This document shows positions 35,192-41,937 of a stretch of DNA of 64,000 bases, piece after piece. The stretch lies in NCBI GenBank assembly GCA_964410185.1, contig CAYPFM010000001.1:80860-144859 (forward strand), written 5' to 3'. Both the position numbers and the translations under genes were made by a program. The notes under the pieces were generated by a model. It ran no database searches. It saw nothing but the letters and a program-made list of their open reading frames with translations, and had not been told where the DNA came from. Every line of letters starts with the position of its first letter. Position 1 is the stretch's first letter. The stretch is from an uncultured Candidatus Saccharibacteria bacterium (GTDB lineage Bacteria; Patescibacteriota; Saccharimonadia; Saccharimonadales; JAUPVS01).

Positions 35192-35204
35192 TAGTCTACG
35201 CAAA

Positions 35205-35471
35205 TTAGCGGCGAATCTTGAGTTTTTCGGTGATTTCGAGGTACTTGTTGCTGTCTTTTTTAGCCAAGTAACGAAGTAAGCGCTTGCGCTGACCAACCAT
35301 CTGCAGCAAACCACGGCGAGCCATGTGATCTTTTTTGTTGGTCTGTAGGTGTTCGGTGAGCTCGCTAATTCGTGCGGTCAAGATACCAATCTGCACTTCT
35401 GGCGAACCAACGTCAGTCTTGCTGGTCTGCAAATCCTTGATAATTACGGCTTTCTTCTCTGTTGAAATCAT
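35205..35471 (-). CDS. rpsO: 30S ribosomal protein S15
   Basis: It has [48 protein letters not shown]. Confidence 0.95.
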   Translation of the reverse strand: MISTEKKAVIIKDLQTSKTDVGSPEVQIGILTARISELTEHLQTNKKDHMARRGLLQMVGQRKRLLRYLAKKDSNKYLEITEKLKIRR

Positions 35472-35519
35472 CTATGTCCTTATTCTTTAGTTAGAGATTG
35501 GTGATGGCGTTGATGCCAA

Positions 35520-35548
35520 TTATAGCAGAGGTGGGCCGATTCTTCAAC
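35520..35548 (-). promoter_or_regulatory. Candidate sigma70-type promoter for rpsO
   Basis: On the minus strand: TTGAAG (35548-35543), a 17-nt spacer, then TATAAT (35525-35520). The SD AAGGA lies downstream. Confidence 0.45.
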
Positions 35549-35567
35549 CCCTGTTCCACTTTTGTAC

Positions 35568-36272
35568 TCAGTCTGCTGTCTGCAAGCTTTCGTAGATAGA
35601 TTCTGGACTCAATTTGTCTACAGTAAGCGCGTCGGCAACGTCATAGTTGGCGACTTTTGTACGTCGGAGCTCCGCGGTATACGCCCCTGTTGAGAGCGCC
35701 TTCCCCAGATCTTCAACCAGTGAGCGAATATAGGTACCACTCGAAACGGCAACACTGAAGTCAACTTCAGGATATTGGTACTCAATATGGCTAATGTCAT
35801 AGATTTTGACCATGCGTGGCTTCATTTCCGGGGCCTTCCCCTCTCGGGCCAGTTTATAGGCCCGTTTGCCATCAATCTTAACAGCCGAGAAAACTGGTGG
35901 CAGTTGTTCAATCTCCCCTAAAAACTGCCGCAGAGCAGCCTCGACCGCCGCCAGCGTTGGTTTTTGAGTAGATACAGTGGTCTTCTCCCCCTCCTCGTCA
36001 CCTGTCGTGCTGGTTTGCCCTAAGCGCGCAGTCACGGTGTAGGTTTTGTCGAGCTTGGTGAACTCCTGGGCCTTTTTGGTGTAATCGCCCAGCATAACGA
36101 TCATTAAACCAGTCGCTAAGGGGTCGAGCGTGCCGGCGTGACCCACTGGAAAGCGCTTTTTGTTCGTGGTGTTGAGGCCGGAATTTTGAATCATGTGTCG
36201 TATCCGGTTGACCACATCAAAACTGGTCCAGCCAAGTGGTTTGTCGATGAGTAAGTAACCGTTCATGCTCAC
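35568..36272 (-). CDS. truB: tRNA pseudouridine-55 synthase
   Basis: It starts NGYLLIDKPLGWTSFDVV and has the catalytic Asp motif VGHAGTLDPLATGL. Confidence 0.9.
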   Translation of the reverse strand: MSMNGYLLIDKPLGWTSFDVVNRIRHMIQNSGLNTTNKKRFPVGHAGTLDPLATGLMIVMLGDYTKKAQEFTKLDKTYTVTARLGQTSTTGDEEGEKTTVSTQKPTLAAVEAALRQFLGEIEQLPPVFSAVKIDGKRAYKLAREGKAPEMKPRMVKIYDISHIEYQYPEVDFSVAVSSGTYIRSLVEDLGKALSTGAYTAELRRTKVANYDVADALTVDKLSPESIYESLQTAD

Positions 36273-36279
36273 TTGTGTA

Positions 36280-38169
36280 CTAGATAGCGTCTGATGGTGG
36301 CATCAAAGGTGGGGGCACCGGTGGTGGTGCGCTAGGGTTTGCGCTGCCAGCCGTGCTGTCAATTGGTTGGCTTGGTGGCAAAAGACTGGTTGGGACGTTT
36401 GGATTAACGCCGTTCATCTCTGGTGGTGCGCCAAAGGGTTGTGGCCCTGGCAGTGGTGGCGGAGCTGGTGCTGGCGCCGGGGCGGCGGCTGGGAATGGTT
36501 CGGACATTGGCGTTGCTGGTGGGGCTGGAGCCAGAGATGGTTCAGGTGGTGCCAGAGGTTGCAGCGGCGGCATTGATGGCGATGATGAAATCGGTGCAGG
36601 GGCTGGCTCAGGATTAACCGGTGGTAGCGATGGTAAGGTTGGAAGTGCTGCGTCATTGGGGACACCACCGAAAACTGGGTTCGGCTGTGGCATTGGTTCT
36701 GAGGCTGGCTCAGCAGGCGCAGTACCACGAAGATCAAGGTTTACTGGCTGTGCACCGAGCGCGGCGATTGGGTCAAGTGGACGAGTCGAGGGCTCGGCAG
36801 CAATTGCCTCATCAACGGCTTCACGGGCATCTTCAAGTTGCTCACCCCTGTCGGTAGCCTCGTTTGCAGGCTCTTGAGGAGGTTCCTGGGTCGGGGTCTG
36901 CCCGACTGGCAGGATTGGCATTCCATTGAGGTCGGCTGGACGATTTAAGATTTGCGGGCTGGTGGCAGTACGATCGACTGCTGGCAGGCTCAGTGGGTCC
37001 GGCGAGGCATCGACTTGCATACTCTCAGGCACACTGTTAGCAGTTAGCTGGCCACCCATGGTTGGTGGCTCAAGCGCCATACTGGCTCGGTTAGGCATGC
37101 CGGCTGGCATATCATCGGCAAGTTGTTTGTCCTTTTCACTGGCATCCGTTGAAATGATCTCGTTAACTGGAGCTGGTGGTGAAACGGGTGGGAGTGGTGG
37201 CAGTGGAGGGGGCGGCGGTGTTGATAGACCTCCGAGCGCATCCCCTGCCTCTTCCTTGTTGTCTGTTGGTTGGTCAACCGGGGTGTCGACTGGTTTTGGC
37301 AGATCAGCTGGCTCTGGCGCTGCTTCGACATGAGAAATTTGCAGCGAACCATCGGCAGCTTCTTGGTTTGGTTCGTTTGTTTGCGTACCGTCATCGATCT
37401 TCGTCGCCGTCGTTGGGATATCTTTGCTGGCTTCAAGCTTGCTGGCGATCAGTTGCTGGTTGGCGCCGGCACTCATGAGTTCGGCGGCCAGAGACATGGT
37501 TCGTGGACTCGTCTTGGTGTTACTAAACCGTTCGGTCTCGGCCACAATACCGGTCATAAAGGCGGTAGCCATCTGACCATCAAGCGGATCATTGGTTAAA
37601 CCATGAACCAGCTCGACAAGCATTTCCGATAAACTACTCGCATTAAGGTCTACCCAATTAATGGCGCCGAGGTTCCCCTGGTCTTTGTTGTTAACAGAAA
37701 TAACAGTGGCGTCATGCAAAATACGACCGTGGTCCATAATTGCTTTGTCTAGATCTGTTCGTTCATGCACGCCAAGCGCCAAGACAGCATCGACATTAAA
37801 GTCACCCTGGCTAAAATCGAGGTCTTTGTCACTAATGCTGGTGCGATACGGCGTAATAAAGATCTTAACGACCGTGTCTTCTACCTTATAACGCAGCTTG
37901 TCGGCTTTGGATTTATCGAGAGCGATAATAAAGTCCCGCAACGAATCGGTATTCTTCTCGAGCGTGTCATCTGGTTTCAGAAATTCGATGGTCGAAGGTA
38001 CTGCCCCACTAAAAACGGCCGTTCCGTGCTTTCCCAAGTGGTTGAGCAACAGCGTAAAACCAATACAGGCCGCCAACTGGTCAACAGAAGGGTTGGTACT
38101 GACAGTTACCAGTACATTGTTAGCCTCTTTGAGGCGGTCGATAATCTGTTGTAACGCGTTTTGATCCAT
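36280..38169 (-). CDS. DHH/DHHA1-like phosphoesterase homologue (NrnA-like position) with a Pro-rich C-terminal tail of about 380 aa
   Basis: The N-terminal ~250 aa resemble the NrnA/DHH fold, but the motifs deviate (VSTNPSVDQLAA where HxxPDGDAxGS is expected; MDHG where DHH is expected). The remainder is Pro/Ala/Ser low complexity (PPPPPLPPLPPVSPPAP...). Confidence 0.55.
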   Translation of the reverse strand: MDQNALQQIIDRLKEANNVLVTVSTNPSVDQLAACIGFTLLLNHLGKHGTAVFSGAVPSTIEFLKPDDTLEKNTDSLRDFIIALDKSKADKLRYKVEDTVVKIFITPYRTSISDKDLDFSQGDFNVDAVLALGVHERTDLDKAIMDHGRILHDATVISVNNKDQGNLGAINWVDLNASSLSEMLVELVHGLTNDPLDGQMATAFMTGIVAETERFSNTKTSPRTMSLAAELMSAGANQQLIASKLEASKDIPTTATKIDDGTQTNEPNQEAADGSLQISHVEAAPEPADLPKPVDTPVDQPTDNKEEAGDALGGLSTPPPPPLPPLPPVSPPAPVNEIISTDASEKDKQLADDMPAGMPNRASMALEPPTMGGQLTANSVPESMQVDASPDPLSLPAVDRTATSPQILNRPADLNGMPILPVGQTPTQEPPQEPANEATDRGEQLEDAREAVDEAIAAEPSTRPLDPIAALGAQPVNLDLRGTAPAEPASEPMPQPNPVFGGVPNDAALPTLPSLPPVNPEPAPAPISSSPSMPPLQPLAPPEPSLAPAPPATPMSEPFPAAAPAPAPAPPPLPGPQPFGAPPEMNGVNPNVPTSLLPPSQPIDSTAGSANPSAPPPVPPPLMPPSDAI

Positions 38170-38253
38170 AGTTGTGGGTTTTTATTTTAGTGAGCCTTAG
38201 GCAAAGCGTATCATCTGCGCTTATGTTTGTCTACTCTTTTCTTGCTGGCTGGC

Positions 38254-38282
38254 TTTACAATTTGGCCTCTGTAAGGTATAGT
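38254..38282 (+). promoter_or_regulatory. Candidate sigma70-type promoter for rpsT
   Basis: TTTACA (38254-38259), a 17-nt spacer, then TATAGT (38277-38282). Confidence 0.4.
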
Positions 38283-38332
38283 TGTCACGATAGTTTAGAA
38301 ATCTAATAAGTATCGAAGGATTGTAATACTAC

Positions 38333-38719
38333 ATGCCAATTATCAAGTCAGCTAAAAAGCGTGTTCGTGTCGCCTCTAAGGCAACCGCTCGCAACACTAA
38401 AACTAAGCGCACTTTCCGTAGCGCTGTTAAGGCCTTCCAGGCTTCATTAACGGCTGGTGGCAAAGACGCCGCTAAAACTCACAGCGCTGCTCAGAGCAGC
38501 CTCGATAAAGCTGCTAAAAAGGGCGTTATTCATAAGAACAAAGCTGCTCGCAAGAAGAGCCAACTGGCTAAGGCTGCTAAGGCTGCCGGTGTTAAGACTG
38601 CTGGTACCGCCAAAAAAGCTGCACCAAAAGCAGCCGCAAAGCCAGCTGCCAAACCAGCTGCTAAGAAGCCCGTAGCCAAGAAACCGGCTGCCAAAAAGCC
38701 TGTCGCTAAGAAAAAATAA
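38333..38719 (+). CDS. rpsT: 30S ribosomal protein S20 with a Lys/Ala/Pro-rich C-terminal extension
   Basis: The S20 core starts MPIIKSAKKRVRVASKATARNTKTKRTFRSAVK. It is followed by a tail of about 40 aa (AAKPAAKPAAKKPVAKKPAAKKPVAKKK). Confidence 0.85.
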   Translation: MPIIKSAKKRVRVASKATARNTKTKRTFRSAVKAFQASLTAGGKDAAKTHSAAQSSLDKAAKKGVIHKNKAARKKSQLAKAAKAAGVKTAGTAKKAAPKAAAKPAAKPAAKKPVAKKPAAKKPVAKKK

Positions 38720-38720
38720 T

Positions 38721-39638
38721 CTAGCTAAGACTTAGTAAAAAGTTGATCATGGCCTCATCGGCGTCGATGGGCTGTCGCTTGAGACGTACGTCCAGTAGGG
38801 CCGCTTGATGAATCCATTCCCTGACATCTGTTAGACCACAGTTTCTTGCCACTGCCTGCGTTTTGCTAACAACATAGGGGCTCACCTTTGCTTCACTGGC
38901 GATGGCGCCCGGGCTGCGTTCGCCGGCCGTTTTGACCAGCGCGAGAATGTGCAACTGCCAGGCGAGCATCCCCATAATCGCCATTGGCTCGACCTTTTGC
39001 TGTCGTTGTTCATGATAGAGCGCGACAGTTTTCTTATGATTGCCTGCTAAGGCAGCGTCCACCAGGTCAAAAACACTGCTTTGCGGAGTCGGCTCGGTTA
39101 GTTCATCAATAGTCTGCCGTGTTATCTGCGGTTGGTAACTGAGCAATTTTTGTACTTCATTAGAAAGCAGCAATTGGTTGGCGCCGACGCGTTGAACAAG
39201 ATATGTAGCATCACTGCTACTCAGTTTGCCGCCTTGTGCTTTGACCTGTTCTGTCAGCCACTGCGCCAGGCTCCTTTCATCAAGCGAATTGAACTCCCTG
39301 AAGTCTGTCACTTTTTTGAGGGCCTTGTAATAACTCGTCCGCTTATCGAGCTTGGGTTCAATAATTATCAGGTCGGTGGCGTCACTGACTGTACCCAAAA
39401 GTTGCTCAAGAGCATCCTGAATACTTTTTTGGGCGCTTGGTTGGCGAAATAATATCATCCTTCTGGCCACCAAAAATGGGAGCGCCTGCAAAATTGATGG
39501 CAGTTGCTTGGCATCGACATCCTGGCCGTCGTAGTTTTCAAGCCCCATATCGGTGTACTCTTTAACAAAGTCATCCCGGAGCTTCCGGAGCGCTTCACGC
39601 AACATAAAATCGTTAGTGCCAGTCAGTGTAATAATCAT
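38721..39638 (-). CDS. holA: DNA polymerase III delta subunit
   Basis: MIITLTGTNDFMLREALRKL... has a size and helical C-terminal domain consistent with HolA. It overlaps the mutM stop as ATGA. Confidence 0.7.
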   Translation of the reverse strand: MIITLTGTNDFMLREALRKLRDDFVKEYTDMGLENYDGQDVDAKQLPSILQALPFLVARRMILFRQPSAQKSIQDALEQLLGTVSDATDLIIIEPKLDKRTSYYKALKKVTDFREFNSLDERSLAQWLTEQVKAQGGKLSSSDATYLVQRVGANQLLLSNEVQKLLSYQPQITRQTIDELTEPTPQSSVFDLVDAALAGNHKKTVALYHEQRQQKVEPMAIMGMLAWQLHILALVKTAGERSPGAIASEAKVSPYVVSKTQAVARNCGLTDVREWIHQAALLDVRLKRQPIDADEAMINFLLSLS

Positions 39639-40510
39639 TTGGGCTCCTTTTGGCAATGTGGGCAGGTATGTGTTCCCCGCCCAGCTACACGCGTCTTGAT
39701 AATTTCGTGGCCGCAGCGTGGACATGTCTGACCCTCACGACGAAAGACGTTAGCAAAAGTCAGGTAGCTACCGCGTTTGCCCTTGGCGTCAACATAGTTG
39801 CGATCACTCGAGCCGCCCTTGGCAATACTCAAGGCCAGCACCTCCCGCAACGCGCCATACAAAGCGTTCAGCTTGGCAGTCGAGACATCCTTAACGCGCG
39901 TTGCTGGATGGATTTTAGCCCCCCACAAACTTTCGTCAGAATAGATGTTACCGATACCAGCAATCACCGTTTGGTCCAATAAGGCGGCTTTAATAGTAGT
40001 GTTGGGGCGTTTTGCGAGGCGTGCCCGGAAGTCTTTAGGAGTGAAGTCGGCGGCCAACGGTTCAGGGCCGACCTTTTTGAAGAAATCAATGTTAGGAACC
40101 TCACTGGTTGGCAGCAGACGCACCCAACCAAACCGACGCTGATCATTAAAGAACAGATGGGCGCCATCTAGCTGTAGGCTGACGCGTGTTGACTTGTCTG
40201 GCAGCTCGCCAATCAGACTATGGTTAGGGTGACCGGCGCCAAATCGAACACCGTCGTCAGCTCGATAGACCAGTTGACCAGTCATCTTCAAGTGAACCAA
40301 CAGCGTGTAGTTGGAGCTGAGTTCTATCATTAACACCTTGGCTCGTCGTTTGACCGCCTTTACTCGCGCGCCAATCAAGAACGCCTCAACGTCAGCAACA
40401 GCGTTTGGAAACGATTTGTCATAGCTCGAAGTCACCCCCACGATAACGTGCTTGGGCAACAATTCCGACAAGCCCTGACGGACCGTTTCTACCTCTGGTA
40501 ACTCTGGCAT
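39635..40510 (-). CDS. mutM: Formamidopyrimidine-DNA glycosylase
   Basis: It has the catalytic N-terminus MPELPEVETVRQGL, an H2TH region and a C-terminal zinc finger CPRCGHEIIKTRVAGRGTHTCPHCQ. I trimmed the start from 40606. Confidence 0.9.
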   Translation of the reverse strand: MPELPEVETVRQGLSELLPKHVIVGVTSSYDKSFPNAVADVEAFLIGARVKAVKRRAKVLMIELSSNYTLLVHLKMTGQLVYRADDGVRFGAGHPNHSLIGELPDKSTRVSLQLDGAHLFFNDQRRFGWVRLLPTSEVPNIDFFKKVGPEPLAADFTPKDFRARLAKRPNTTIKAALLDQTVIAGIGNIYSDESLWGAKIHPATRVKDVSTAKLNALYGALREVLALSIAKGGSSDRNYVDAKGKRGSYLTFANVFRREGQTCPRCGHEIIKTRVAGRGTHTCPHCQKEPK

Positions 40511-40532
40511 AGTTATAGTATATACTAGCCTC

Positions 40533-40778
40533 ATGGCAACACACGCGCTATCCGATATTTTAGCTGACCGATTCGAGCCCGAACCGCCCGAAATCGTCAC
40601 AATCAAAAACTATGTCCAAGAAAACTTTGGCAAAACAGTCGCGGTTGCGATACGCGATAAACAACTTATTATCACCACGCAGTCCTCTGCCCTGGCTGGC
40701 GCCCTGCGCCCACATCTGTATAAACTCAAGATGCTCTGTGGCACCGACAAGCAATTATTAATTAGAATTGGGCACTAA
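40533..40778 (+). CDS. DUF721/DciA-like small protein
   Basis: In this 81-aa product, VAVAIRDKQLIITTQSSALAGALRPHLYKLKMLCG resembles the DUF721 core (gentle pattern match only). Confidence 0.4.
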   Translation: MATHALSDILADRFEPEPPEIVTIKNYVQENFGKTVAVAIRDKQLIITTQSSALAGALRPHLYKLKMLCGTDKQLLIRIGH

Positions 40779-40781
40779 CGT

Positions 40782-41354
40782 CTAGTTTTGGACGGCAGTT
40801 GCTGGCACGTTAACCACACTGGAGTAGCTAGGAATTTGAGCCTGGAAAAGTGTGCTCGTCAGGCTGACATTACCGCCGTACGAACCGGCAGTACACGTGG
40901 CTGACCACAAGTCCATGACATCTTTACCGTTTTCTACAATCAAGTAATGGCTGCGGCTACCGGTTGGGCAAACCGACTCGGAATTGACGCCGTTAGCTAG
41001 CTTGCGATCACGCGTAAAACCGGCTCGGTTAAGGGCTGCTAAAAAGGCGCTGTATGAATTCTTATCGTTCACATAACTCTGGTTGACGAGTGCCTGTCCT
41101 TGGTAGCCACCGTACACACTGACATTACGACTGCTCGGACCAATAGTAACCACTGTTGTGCGGTGGTTTTCGATAGCGTTAATGGGGCCCTCTGTACTGA
41201 ATTGCACAGTAGCATTCTGGTTGTTCACATAATCCATCAAGACCACTGGTTTGCGGCCAGGGCTGGTGACGGTTTTGGTACCACCACGGTTGAAGATAAC
41301 AATACCGAAGATGATGAGTAACAAAACGCCAAAGGAAATGAGAAAGTATTTCAT
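40782..41354 (-). CDS. Membrane-anchored extracytoplasmic protein (unknown)
   Basis: It has an N-terminal TM (YFLISFGVLLLIIFGIVIF). I recognised no domain. Confidence 0.5.
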   Translation of the reverse strand: MKYFLISFGVLLLIIFGIVIFNRGGTKTVTSPGRKPVVLMDYVNNQNATVQFSTEGPINAIENHRTTVVTIGPSSRNVSVYGGYQGQALVNQSYVNDKNSYSAFLAALNRAGFTRDRKLANGVNSESVCPTGSRSHYLIVENGKDVMDLWSATCTAGSYGGNVSLTSTLFQAQIPSYSSVVNVPATAVQN

Positions 41355-41428
41355 ATGTTTATGGGTCTCACACTACCGAAATAGTACACTAATCATAACA
41401 TAAATACTTTTGTGGTGCAAGCTTATGG

Positions 41429-41848
41429 TTAGGCGGCTTTTTTGTCTACTCGTTGGTAGTCAGACTGGAATAAAAGATGGCGCAGTTTTTTAAAGCGGCG
41501 CTGGGTGGCCTCATCTGGTGGTGGCACCAAAGGAATGCCCTTAATTTGTTCAACCAGACCATCCCGAATAAGGCGAGCCTCCTTGCCGACCACTTCGACC
41601 ACAATCTCTCGTTTTACTGCCGCTTCCGGCTGTGTTTCGACGTACAGCTCGTCAGCCGCGGCGGCTTCAGCAGCCTCTCTGGCCGCTTTGGCAGCCGCCT
41701 CAGCTTCTGCCAATTCGGTAGCTAGTTCACTGAACTGCGCCGTCACCGGCGAGTCTTCCCCAAGTGTAGCCGCTGAGACGCCGGCCCAATCGACGGCCTC
41801 TCCGGGGCTATTCAGGGGTACCAACAACATATCTTGGATTTCACCCAT
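41429..41848 (-). CDS. Hypothetical 139-aa protein (Ala/Glu-rich centre)
   Basis: It is a clean ORF upstream of the 40782 gene. I recognised no motif. Confidence 0.45.
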   Translation of the reverse strand: MGEIQDMLLVPLNSPGEAVDWAGVSAATLGEDSPVTAQFSELATELAEAEAAAKAAREAAEAAAADELYVETQPEAAVKREIVVEVVGKEARLIRDGLVEQIKGIPLVPPPDEATQRRFKKLRHLLFQSDYQRVDKKAA

Positions 41849-41937
41849 AGCTTTTTCCTCGCTCTGTTAATGTTTGTTAGGTCGTAACCGGAACTCTACC
41901 TATATTATAAACCCATAATGCAAGTGCTTAAACCCGC

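Noticed and set aside
36353-36877. 174-aa Gly/Ala-rich plus-strand ORF, together with several other 60-135-aa ORFs on both strands between 36350 and 37600
   Set aside because: They are shadow ORFs. They arise from the CCN/GCN codon bias of the Pro/Ala-rich tail of the minus-strand DHH-like gene, which reads as GGN/NGC on the opposite strand. They have no SD or start context and lie wholly inside a longer, better-supported CDS.
38594-38719. Short tandem DNA repeats (gctgccaaa / aagaagccc-type units) considered as a possible repeat array or CRISPR
   Set aside because: They are in frame within rpsT and encode the AKP-rich tail. The units are irregular and there are no spacer-like unique segments.
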